From NCBI GenBank assembly GCA_035593465.1, contig DAOSVE010000002.1, forward strand, positions 1-49,091: a DNA stretch of 49,091 nucleotides. The letters run 5' to 3'. Positions 18,292 to 26,445 of the stretch are shown one piece after another. The stretch is from Candidatus Atribacteria bacterium. Its GTDB lineage: Bacteria > Atribacterota > Atribacteria > Atribacterales > Caldatribacteriaceae. Within the stretch, counting starts at the first letter, position 1. The number at the start of each line of letters is the position of its first letter. The notes under the pieces are model-generated. The model was not told where the DNA came from. It made no database searches and was given only the letters and a program-made list of their open reading frames with translations. Position numbers and translations under genes: made by a program.

Positions 18292-18432
18292 TTAAGTTTT
18301 CTTAATCTTGCGTCGCAGACTGCCTTTTTCTCCAGCATACTGGTGGATATTTTCCCGCCAGTTGTTTTTGTTTATTTGCTTTTTGGGGGTTATAAGGGGG
18401 CTTGTCCCCTTATAGTTGTTGTAATGGATTTT
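18292..18432 (-). repeat. Hairpin-rich repeat element, copy B (inverted relative to 12946-13092)
   Basis: The reverse complement aligns with copy A. The TATAAGGGG/CCCCTTATA stem is conserved while the loop differs. The 78 aa ORF here (18292..18528) has no recognizable family. Confidence 0.5.
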
Positions 18433-18495
18433 GCGGTTAACTATATATACTGACTTGGTGTTCTCTAAAACATGGGGAACCTCAACTCGAAATTG

Positions 18496-18578
18496 GTTGA
18501 CATCTATTTTTCTTTGTGATACTCTCAATTGAGAAGTTTTTTATGTTAAATTTAACGCACGAAGGGTTATCAAATTGG
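18496..18578 (+). promoter_or_regulatory. Promoter/operator cassette, copy 1 (paralog of 28762-28845)
   Basis: TTGACA 18497-18502, 17 nt spacer, TACTCT 18520-25, then ATGTTAAATTTAACGC (18543-58, 14 of 16 palindromic). About 85% identical by eye to copy 2. Confidence 0.5.
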
Positions 18579-18749
18579 TGTGGTAGAGAAGAAAAAGTTA
18601 AATAATTGATATGTGGTGCTTTCGGATCCGAAAAGACATTTCCTGTGTTAGGTAGCTTCCACATCTGGAGTTGAATGCCTGCTTTAAACATTGAGGCTGT
18701 GGTACGTTAGCTTTGAAAGATAATGGACGTTGGAGAAAGGAGAAATTAG

Positions 18750-19472
18750 ATGCAAGGTATAAATATGGAAGAGAGAAAAAAGATACTGGATATGTACAAA
18801 GACCTTAGAGTTACCGATGTGCGAGATGGAATGGATTGGTGTGGTTATCATCATTATGGGAGTGTTCATCATAGTATTAAGCCTCTATGGCGTCCTTGCA
18901 AGGCTATTGGTTTTGCAAGAACAGCTCGATACCTACCTTATGAAGGTCCATCTCCCAAAGAGACAGGTGAGAAATATACGGAGTGGTCAAGGTGGTATTA
19001 TCAGAATGTTTGTACAGATGATTGGGGAAAAGATATTATTGAGGGTGATTTTATTTGTTTAGATGTTTGCGGAATTAACGTAGGACTTTTAGGGTCTAAC
19101 AACACTTTAGCTTACAAAAATAAAGGTGCTGTTGGCTTTCTGGTTAATGGTGGAGGCATAAGAGATACCGATGAAGTTATACTGGAGAAAGTTCCCGTCT
19201 GGTCAAAATTTATTTCTCAACCGATGGACCAGGCTCGCATACGATATTATGAGAAAGATATTCCGATAGCTATAGGGGGAGTTGCTATCTATCCTGGAGA
19301 TTTAGTGGTAGCGGATGGAGATGGAGTTATTGTAGTTCCGGCAAAGATGATATACGAAGTGCATAAATATGCTTACCAAGAGATGAAAAATGATAAGATT
19401 GCCAGACGAAAATTGTATATAGAAGGGAATTTGCCCCTCGATGATACAGTAGATACAGAAGGCTTGAAATAA
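18750..19472 (+). CDS. RraA-like / HMG-CHA aldolase-family protein (class II pyruvate aldolase / oxaloacetate decarboxylase fold)
   Basis: NGGGIRDTDE and GDLVVADGDGVIVVP motifs. At 240 aa it is the size of LigK-type aldolases rather than the ~160 aa RraA. AAAGGAG SD lies 6 nt upstream. Confidence 0.8.
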   Translation: MQGINMEERKKILDMYKDLRVTDVRDGMDWCGYHHYGSVHHSIKPLWRPCKAIGFARTARYLPYEGPSPKETGEKYTEWSRWYYQNVCTDDWGKDIIEGDFICLDVCGINVGLLGSNNTLAYKNKGAVGFLVNGGGIRDTDEVILEKVPVWSKFISQPMDQARIRYYEKDIPIAIGGVAIYPGDLVVADGDGVIVVPAKMIYEVHKYAYQEMKNDKIARRKLYIEGNLPLDDTVDTEGLK

Positions 19473-19493
19473 TGTGTAGTGTTTTGTGGTGGT

Positions 19494-19530
19494 TATTAAA
19501 CGGACACAGGAGTTTTATGTCCGTTTAATA
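19494..19530 (+). promoter_or_regulatory. Intercistronic stem-loop between the RraA-like gene and the binding-protein gene
   Basis: TATTAAACGGACA / TGTCCGTTTAATA 13 bp stem with an 11 nt loop and no U-run. An identical copy lies at 24472-24508. Confidence 0.45.
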
Positions 19531-19563
19531 TATAAAATAACAATAATAAAGGGAGGAATGGTG

Positions 19564-20865
19564 ATGAGCAAAAAAGTTCTTTTATTTCTGGTAGTAGCGA
19601 TGCTATCAGCAATAATGGTGTTCTCAACCGGCTTAGCATTTGCAGAGCAAGTAGAAATACGAGCTGCCTGGTGGGGGGATACCGGTCGGCATGAATTGTA
19701 TAATAAGATTATTGATATTTTTGAATCTAAGAATCCAGATATTAAAGTGATACGTGAACCGACCAGCTGGTTAGATTACTGGGACAAATTGACTGTTCAA
19801 AGCGCCGGTGGTAGAGCTCCAGATTTTATAGGTATGCATTTGCAATTTGCTGCTGATTATGTGAGAAGAGGAATTTTGGAACCACTGGAGCCCTTTGTTG
19901 GAGAAGGAGTTATTGATATTAGCAAGCATTCAGAAGCTGCTATATCCACCGGGACAATGGATGGAGTTTTATATATGATTCCCATGGGTCTTACGACACA
20001 GACTATGGTAGTTAATAACTCTATTCTGGAAGAATTGGGTGTTGAGCCTCCCAATTTTGATTGGACCTGGGATGATGTAAAGACTATTGGTTTGAAAGTT
20101 AGAGGCGCTTTTGATGAAAAAGGAGACAAGAATAAATGGTTTATAGCGGATTCGTCGGGAGCTTATCAGATATTTCGCTACTGGGTCCGCCAAAGAGGGC
20201 AGGAAGATTTATATACCGCCGATGGTAATATAGCATACACAGCAGAAGATGCAGCAACCTGGTTTACTATGTGGAATGATTTACGGGAAAACAACATTGT
20301 ACCTGATGCAGCAACCACAACAGAATATGCTAGGGCTACTCTGGAAGATAATTTGTTTGCCAGACAGAGAATCATTATAACAGGTATTCCTGTTAACCAA
20401 TATAAATTATATCTTAATGCTGTACCGGGAGCAAATTTGCTTCTGGTTCGCAACCCTTCTTTAGTTGATGGCTTACCGGGAGAATTTGTAGAGGGCGCAC
20501 ATTTTGCCGTTTCTGCTCATAGTACACCCGAGAAAAAATTAGCAGCAGCAAAGTTAATTGACTTCTGGGTTAATGACCCCGATTCTATAGAGTTGTACAG
20601 ATTGGACCAGGGAGTACCTTCGAATCGAGAAATGGCTGAATTTCTTATGACCATAGTAGATGAAGCTGACCAGAAAATCATAGAGTATGTGAATAAAACC
20701 AGTGAAATTGCCAGACCGATTAATTTCCCTCCCGCAGGAGCCAGTGAAGTTAATTCTTTATTTGAGCAAATAGCTGAGAAGGTAAGATTTGGACAGTTGA
20801 CTCCTGAAGACGGTGGAGAACAATTAGTATCTCAAGCCCAGGATATACTTAACAAACACAAATAG
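19564..20865 (+). CDS. ABC (CUT1-type) extracellular sugar-binding protein, paralog 1
   Basis: Signal peptide MSKKVLLFLVVAMLSAIMVFSTGLAFA-EQ with no lipobox Cys. The gene lies upstream of MalF/MalG-type permeases. ATG 19564 lies 7 nt after GGGAGG; the ORF-track start 19486 spans the hairpin. Confidence 0.9.
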   Translation: MSKKVLLFLVVAMLSAIMVFSTGLAFAEQVEIRAAWWGDTGRHELYNKIIDIFESKNPDIKVIREPTSWLDYWDKLTVQSAGGRAPDFIGMHLQFAADYVRRGILEPLEPFVGEGVIDISKHSEAAISTGTMDGVLYMIPMGLTTQTMVVNNSILEELGVEPPNFDWTWDDVKTIGLKVRGAFDEKGDKNKWFIADSSGAYQIFRYWVRQRGQEDLYTADGNIAYTAEDAATWFTMWNDLRENNIVPDAATTTEYARATLEDNLFARQRIIITGIPVNQYKLYLNAVPGANLLLVRNPSLVDGLPGEFVEGAHFAVSAHSTPEKKLAAAKLIDFWVNDPDSIELYRLDQGVPSNREMAEFLMTIVDEADQKIIEYVNKTSEIARPINFPPAGASEVNSLFEQIAEKVRFGQLTPEDGGEQLVSQAQDILNKHK

Positions 20866-20873
20866 CTACAAGT

Positions 20874-20906
20874 AAAAAGAAGGGGGGCTAAGCTCCCCCT
20901 TCTTTT
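20874..20906 (+). terminator. Attenuating terminator between the binding-protein and permease genes
   Basis: AAAAGAAGGGGGG-loop-CCCCCTTCTTTTT. Confidence 0.6.
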
Positions 20907-20915
20907 TATCATTCC

Positions 20916-21812
20916 TTGAGGTGGTTGGTGGAAGTGAGAAAATACATATACAATAGAGAAGGTTATGCTTTTTTAACTCCCTGGCTTTTAGGGTTTATTT
21001 TGTTTACTGCGATTCCCATGATATTATCCTTCTACTTCTCTTTTACTCAGTATGATGTGTTGACTCCCCCTAAATGGGTGGGGCTCAGAAATTACATCGA
21101 TATGGCCAATGACCCCCGAGTGCACAAAAGTTTACAAGTTACCTTTACTTATGTAGGATTGGGTGTACCACTACAGATAATTTTTGCTCTGTTTGTGGCT
21201 ATTTTACTCAATAGAGATAGACCGGGTATTCGTACCTACCGGGCTATTTATTATCTGCCATCCTTGTTTGGAGGTAGTGTTGCCGTAGCAATACTCTGGC
21301 GCCAGGTATTTAACAAAGAAGGATTGATAAATCAGTTCCTGGCCCTCCTGGGAATTGAGGGTAAGAACTGGATAGCTTCACCGGAGACAGCACTGTATAC
21401 TTTGATTGTGCTCCTGATATGGCAGTTTGGCTCTCCCATGGTCATATTCTTGAGTGGATTGAAGCAGATTTCCAAAGAATATTATGAGGCAGCCATGATA
21501 GATGGAGCAGGTAGGATAAGGATGCTTTTTAGCATAACCCTACCTCTCCTCACTCCTTTGATTTTCTTTAACTTAGTGATGGGGATTATAAATGCTTTTC
21601 AAGCTTTCACTCCAGCTTATATAATCAGTGGAGGAACTGGAGCACCGGTGGATTCAACCCTGTTCTATACTTTGTACCTCTACATTAAAGGATTCCAGCA
21701 TTTCTCTATGGGATATGCGAGCGCCTTAGCCTGGGTGTTACTGGTCATAATAAGCATCATGACAGCTCTTATGTTCTTGCTATCCAGATTCTGGGTCCAC
21801 TATGAAGAATAG
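20916..21812 (+). CDS. ABC sugar transporter permease (MalF/UgpA-like)
   Basis: Six predicted TM segments with an EAA-type loop (EYYEAAMIDGAGRIRMLFSITLP). Confidence 0.9.
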   Translation: MRWLVEVRKYIYNREGYAFLTPWLLGFILFTAIPMILSFYFSFTQYDVLTPPKWVGLRNYIDMANDPRVHKSLQVTFTYVGLGVPLQIIFALFVAILLNRDRPGIRTYRAIYYLPSLFGGSVAVAILWRQVFNKEGLINQFLALLGIEGKNWIASPETALYTLIVLLIWQFGSPMVIFLSGLKQISKEYYEAAMIDGAGRIRMLFSITLPLLTPLIFFNLVMGIINAFQAFTPAYIISGGTGAPVDSTLFYTLYLYIKGFQHFSMGYASALAWVLLVIISIMTALMFLLSRFWVHYEE

Positions 21813-21824
21813 GAGAGAGAAACA

Positions 21825-22664
21825 ATGGGAGAACAGAATAGAAGTATAGTGATATATTATCTTTTTATTACTTTGTTTGCCTTGGTCATGATATATCCTC
21901 TTCTGTGGATGACCAGTGCTTCATTCAAAGAAGATGTTGAGATATTCCAAAGTCCCAGCCTCATCCCTCAAAACCCCACCTTCAATAATTATGCCTATGG
22001 CTGGAGAGGGGTTTCCGGATATACTTTTGGTAGATTCCTCTTCAATTCCTTTCTGATTTCCTTCATAGGAATTATTGCCAATATCTTATCTTGCTCTATG
22101 ACCGCTTTTGCTTTTGCCAAATTGGATTTCCGGTTCCGAAACATTTTCTTTGCCATAATGATGATCACTCTCATGTTACCATTTCACGTTCGTTTGATTC
22201 CCCAGTACATCATATTCAATAAAATGGGATGGGTGGACACTTTCTTGCCTTTAACTGTTCCTCGGTTTTTTGCTACCGACGGTTTCTTTATTTTTCTCCT
22301 GGTGCAATTCATGCGCAACATCCCCAATGAGATCATGGATGCAGCGAGGATAGATGGAGCTAGCGCTTGGCAGATCTATGCCCGGATTATGATGCCTCTT
22401 TCCACCCCGGCTCTTGTTACTGTGGCAATCTTTACCTTCATCTGGACTTGGAATGATTTCTTCTCCCAGATGATTTATATCAGCTCTCCTTCTAAATTTA
22501 CCGTATCATTAGCCTTGCGGATGTTTGTGGATGCTACCGGAGAAAGTTCTTGGGGAGCACTATTTGCCATGTCTTGTGTATCTTTGCTACCACTATTCAT
22601 CATATTTATTGTATTCCAGCGTTTTTTAGTAGAAGGGATAATGATGGGGAGCTTAAAAGGATAA
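21825..22664 (+). CDS. ABC sugar transporter permease (MalG/UgpE-like)
   Basis: EAA loop (EIMDAARIDGASAWQIYARIMMP) with multiple TM segments. No cognate ATPase is present in the window. Confidence 0.9.
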   Translation: MGEQNRSIVIYYLFITLFALVMIYPLLWMTSASFKEDVEIFQSPSLIPQNPTFNNYAYGWRGVSGYTFGRFLFNSFLISFIGIIANILSCSMTAFAFAKLDFRFRNIFFAIMMITLMLPFHVRLIPQYIIFNKMGWVDTFLPLTVPRFFATDGFFIFLLVQFMRNIPNEIMDAARIDGASAWQIYARIMMPLSTPALVTVAIFTFIWTWNDFFSQMIYISSPSKFTVSLALRMFVDATGESSWGALFAMSCVSLLPLFIIFIVFQRFLVEGIMMGSLKG

Positions 22665-22681
22665 GCCTGTAATAAAAAGAG

Positions 22682-23095
22682 GTGATGATATTGTTTCAGG
22701 GTTTATATCATATAGGAATATATACCACAGATATAGAGAGATCACTCTCCTTTTATACTCAGATACTTGATTTTAACTTAAAATGGCGGGGTATGGTGGA
22801 CCATCCTGCTATGGGTAAAATAAAAGTGGCCCTGGTAGAGCAGCAAAACTGCACCATAGAGCTGGTGCAGCCTAACGACGCTGCTTTAGTAAATGAAAAA
22901 GCTGGACCTATTCAACATTTAGCATTGAAAGTGGAGAGTATAGATAAAGTTATGGAGAGATGGAAAAGCAAAAAAATAACTGAGTTTCCTCTTGGAGAGA
23001 TAGAGGATTTGCCCTCCTTCGGGAAGGGGATAAGACATACCTTTATTTATGGCCCCAGCCATGAGCGTATAGAACTGGTTGAAGAGTATACTTAA
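22682..23095 (+). CDS. VOC (glyoxalase/bleomycin-resistance/dioxygenase) superfamily protein
   Basis: LYHIGIYTTDIERSLSFYTQILDF...HLALKVESID...IELVE pattern of paired beta-alpha-beta-beta-beta modules. Confidence 0.78.
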   Translation: MMILFQGLYHIGIYTTDIERSLSFYTQILDFNLKWRGMVDHPAMGKIKVALVEQQNCTIELVQPNDAALVNEKAGPIQHLALKVESIDKVMERWKSKKITEFPLGEIEDLPSFGKGIRHTFIYGPSHERIELVEEYT

Positions 23096-23127
23096 GTTTA
23101 ATATTCTTTAGAAAGGAGAATAGAAGA

Positions 23128-23562
23128 ATGGAGTATTTTGTAACCGGGAAGGCAGGTAATCGGGTATTTGTATTAAGGCTTGATCCAGGTGATATGGTAT
23201 TGGAAAGTATAAATGAGTTGATTGCTAAAGAGGAAATAAAAGATGCCGCAGTTATATCTGCCATAGGGACATTGGATAGATGTGTATTGCATATGGTAAC
23301 CACTACTGATTATCCTCCTAAGGAGCATTTTGAGCGATGGGAAGATACACCTCTCGAGCTTGCCTCTATAGATGGCATCATAGCTGATGGTAAACCTCAT
23401 TTACATGCTGTAGTTTCGGATACTGAAAAAGCTTATGCAGGACATTTAGAGAATGAGTGTAGAACTTTATACCTGGGAGAAATAGTAATTATGGAATTAG
23501 GGTCTATGGATTTAACCCGGGTATATAATGAGAAAAAAGTTTTGAAGTTAGTGAAAAAGTAA
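23128..23562 (+). CDS. PPC (DUF296) domain protein
   Basis: RVFVLRLDPGDMVLESINELIAKEEIKDAAVISAIGTL...HLHAVVSD matches the PPC/DUF296 pattern as I recall it. Confidence 0.7.
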   Translation: MEYFVTGKAGNRVFVLRLDPGDMVLESINELIAKEEIKDAAVISAIGTLDRCVLHMVTTTDYPPKEHFERWEDTPLELASIDGIIADGKPHLHAVVSDTEKAYAGHLENECRTLYLGEIVIMELGSMDLTRVYNEKKVLKLVKK

Positions 23563-23621
23563 GCATAGTAGGATCAGAAAATCCTGAAACTGATCCCAAA
23601 CATGAAAAGGAGAAATTCAAA

Positions 23622-24329
23622 GTGACCGATGAAGAATTGATAAAAGAAATAAAAAAGCATCGTTTAGCTGATCTCTCAGATGGTTTAGATGCTCTGGGTC
23701 TAGTAAATGTAGGTACCATGGATCCCCAAATGAGGCCTATCCGGGAGGGTATCAGCTTTGCAGGTTTTGCCTATACGGTTAAACTTGTTCCTGCCCAAAA
23801 GAGTGTTAAGGCCTGTAATAGTATAGAGGAATATCTCAAGGAGTTGGACAGTTGGTGTTCTGATGCTTATGCCTTTATGAGTGGGATTACTGAAGAAACA
23901 GCTAAAAATATGGTGGTGGTGATTGATGAAGGTGGTTATCCCGGAGGAGTGTGGGGTTCTGAAATTGCCATGAATACCATGAAGAAAGGTGTAGTTGGTG
24001 CGGTAATAGATGGGGCCTGCCGGGATAGTTATGAGTGTAATTTAGAAAAGGTAAATGTATTTTGCACCAAACGTACCTTTAATCATGTATATGGGCGCTT
24101 GAACAATGGCGGAGTTAATATCCCTATACGGTGTGCTGGTGTAGCAGTAAATCCAGGAGATGTTATCTGTGCTGATGATGATGGAGTATTGGTTATTCCT
24201 CGGGACAAAGCAGAAAAAGTGTTAGAATTTGCTGCAGTTATTCATAAAAATGACCAAGAAACAAGAGCAAGACATTATAGAGACCTTGGTTATGAATTTG
24301 ATTCAACCCTAGGAGACATTGAAGGATAA
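23622..24329 (+). CDS. RraA-like / HMG-CHA aldolase-family protein, second divergent paralog
   Basis: DGACRDSYE and GDVICADDDGVLVIP motifs, 235 aa, GTG start. Confidence 0.8.
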   Translation: MTDEELIKEIKKHRLADLSDGLDALGLVNVGTMDPQMRPIREGISFAGFAYTVKLVPAQKSVKACNSIEEYLKELDSWCSDAYAFMSGITEETAKNMVVVIDEGGYPGGVWGSEIAMNTMKKGVVGAVIDGACRDSYECNLEKVNVFCTKRTFNHVYGRLNNGGVNIPIRCAGVAVNPGDVICADDDGVLVIPRDKAEKVLEFAAVIHKNDQETRARHYRDLGYEFDSTLGDIEG

Positions 24330-24380
24330 TAAAACATCTGCCAGCTTTACATTATTTATAGTAAAAACATCTTTTCTACA

Positions 24381-24395
24381 TAACATTTAATGTTA
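24381..24395. promoter_or_regulatory. Palindrome built from the same half-site as the cassette operator, in everted arrangement
   Basis: TAACATTTAATGTTA (TAACAT / ATGTTA). Compare ATGTTAAATTTAACAT at 28810-25. Confidence 0.3.
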
Positions 24396-24541
24396 AGTTA
24401 AAGAGCTTATAGAACTAAAATGCGAGTAGACCCTGTAAGCTGGGCATAGTAATGAGCTGTATTATGGTGGTTATTAAACGGACACAAGAGTTTTATGTCC
24501 GTTTAATATATAAAATAACAATAATAAAGGGAGGAATGGTG

Positions 24542-25843
24542 ATGAGCAAAAAAGTTCTTTTATTTCTGGTAGTAGCGATGCTATCAGCAATAATGGTGTT
24601 CTCAACCGGCTTAGCATTTGCAGAGCAAGTAGAAATACGAGCTGCCTGGTGGGGGGATACTGGTCGGCACGCATTATATAATCAGATTTGCGATGTCTTT
24701 GAGTCCAAATACCCAGACATAAAAGTGATACGTGAACCATCGAGCTGGACAGACTATTGGGCAAAATTGAACGTCCAAAGTGCCGGTGGTAGAGCTCCAG
24801 ATTTTATAGGTATGCATCCGTTTTTTGCCAGCGATTATGTACAAAGAGACGTTGTAGAGCCACTTGATGACTATATTAAAAATAATGTGATTGATGTGAG
24901 CAAATTTTCTCAAAGTGCTATTCTTAGTGGTACGGTTAATAGTATTGTTTATATGATACCTATGGGGATTACAATAGACACATTATTTGTAAATAATTCC
25001 TTTCTTAAAGAATTAGGAGTAGCTACTCCAGAATTTGATTGGACATGGGATGATTTTAAAACTATTGGTTTAGAAGTTAGAAAGGCTCTCGACGCTAAGG
25101 GAGAAAAGGACAAGTGGTTTATGGATGATATATCGGGTATTTATGAAATATTTCGTGTATGGGTGCGTCAGAGAGGCCGAGAAGATTTATATACCCCAGA
25201 TGGTAGCATAGCATATACAGCTGAAGATGCTGCTTCCTGGTTTGCTATGTGGAATGATTTTCGTGAGAACGGTATTATACCTGATGCAGCAACAACGACT
25301 GAATACATGAACGCTACTCTTGAAGACAGCTTATTTGGAAGGAGGAGAGCAGCTGTTCGCAGAATGCCGGTCAACCAGTATAAATTGCACTGTGCAGCAC
25401 TACCTGATGATGAAATCATTATGGTGCGGCATCCTTCTAAACCAGATGGAGAAATAGGAGAATTTATTTATGGTGCGTTTTTTGCTATTTCTGCCAGTAG
25501 TGCACCCGAGAAAAAACTGGCAGCAGCAAAGCTGATAAACTTCTGGGTTAATGACCCCGATTCTATAGAATTGTTCAGGTTAGACCAGGGAGTGCCTGCA
25601 AATACTGAAATGGTAGATTTTCTTATGACCATAGTTGATGAAAAGGAGAAAGCTATACTGAATTATGTTAACGAATTGATGCCTCTTGCCCGGCCTATTA
25701 TTTTTGCTCCTGCAGGGGCTACGGAGATTGATTCTTTGTTCAAGCAAATAGCTGAGAAGGTAAGATTTGGACAGTTGACTCCTGAAGAAGCTGGAGAACA
25801 ACTGATATCTCAAGCCCAGGATATACTTAACAAACACAAATAG
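24542..25843 (+). CDS. ABC (CUT1-type) extracellular sugar-binding protein, paralog 2 (orphan)
   Basis: Same length as paralog 1. The upstream region, signal peptide and first mature residues are nucleotide-identical to paralog 1, the middle is diverged, and the 3' end is again near-identical. Confidence 0.9.
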   Translation: MSKKVLLFLVVAMLSAIMVFSTGLAFAEQVEIRAAWWGDTGRHALYNQICDVFESKYPDIKVIREPSSWTDYWAKLNVQSAGGRAPDFIGMHPFFASDYVQRDVVEPLDDYIKNNVIDVSKFSQSAILSGTVNSIVYMIPMGITIDTLFVNNSFLKELGVATPEFDWTWDDFKTIGLEVRKALDAKGEKDKWFMDDISGIYEIFRVWVRQRGREDLYTPDGSIAYTAEDAASWFAMWNDFRENGIIPDAATTTEYMNATLEDSLFGRRRAAVRRMPVNQYKLHCAALPDDEIIMVRHPSKPDGEIGEFIYGAFFAISASSAPEKKLAAAKLINFWVNDPDSIELFRLDQGVPANTEMVDFLMTIVDEKEKAILNYVNELMPLARPIIFAPAGATEIDSLFKQIAEKVRFGQLTPEEAGEQLISQAQDILNKHK

Positions 25844-25851
25844 CTACAGTA

Positions 25852-25884
25852 AAAAGAAGGGGGGCTAAACTCCCCCCTTCTTTT
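25852..25884 (+). terminator. Duplicate of the binding-protein/permease attenuating terminator
   Basis: AAAAGAAGGGGGG-loop-CCCCCCTTCTTTTT, at the same offset (+4978) as copy 1. Confidence 0.55.
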
Positions 25885-25893
25885 TATCATTCC

Positions 25894-26113
25894 TTGAAGT
25901 GGTTAGTGGAAGTGAGAAAATACATATACAATAGAGAAGGTTATGCTTTTTTAACTCCCTGGCTTTTAGGGTTTATTGTATTTACTGCAATTCCCATGAT
26001 ATTATCCTTCTACTTCTCTTTCACTCAGGATGATGTGTTGACGCCCCCTGAATTTTACTTATATGGAATTGGGTGTACCACTGCAGATAATTTTTGCTTT
26101 GTTTGTGGCTATA
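25894..26113 (+). pseudogene. Truncated, frameshifted copy of the MalF-like permease gene
   Basis: The first ~50 codons match 20916 onward. An internal deletion of about 72 nt then shifts the frame, and homology ends near 26113. The track ORF 25894..26121 encodes only 75 aa. Confidence 0.8.
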
Positions 26114-26445
26114 TGTCTTAATAAGAGCCGATGGAAGACAGCGAAATATGAGAAAAGCGTGTATCCACGGTTGTGGGTGTGAAAAAATAGTGTGAGGCTT
26201 CACAGATATTCGGAGTGCGGGACCAGTGAAGTTTATCCGGGCTCGAGGAATATAAACAAACAGGTTGGGAAATGTACCCTGGTTTATTGTATTTGAACAT
26301 TGTCTGCATCTACCTCGCCTGTCACGTTATTGGTATTTGTATAAAATGCAAGCTGGGTCGATAATAACTACGTTAAAGTTATATCTCTTAATAGAGATGC
26401 CAGCCCCGGTTATTTCAAAAAAGCGTAAGAAAGGAGAACTTTAGA

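Noticed and set aside
18817-19062. The 81 aa alternative-frame ORF inside the first RraA-like gene.
   Set aside because: It is embedded in a well-supported CDS, and its hydrophobic translation is typical of out-of-frame reading of AT-rich codons.
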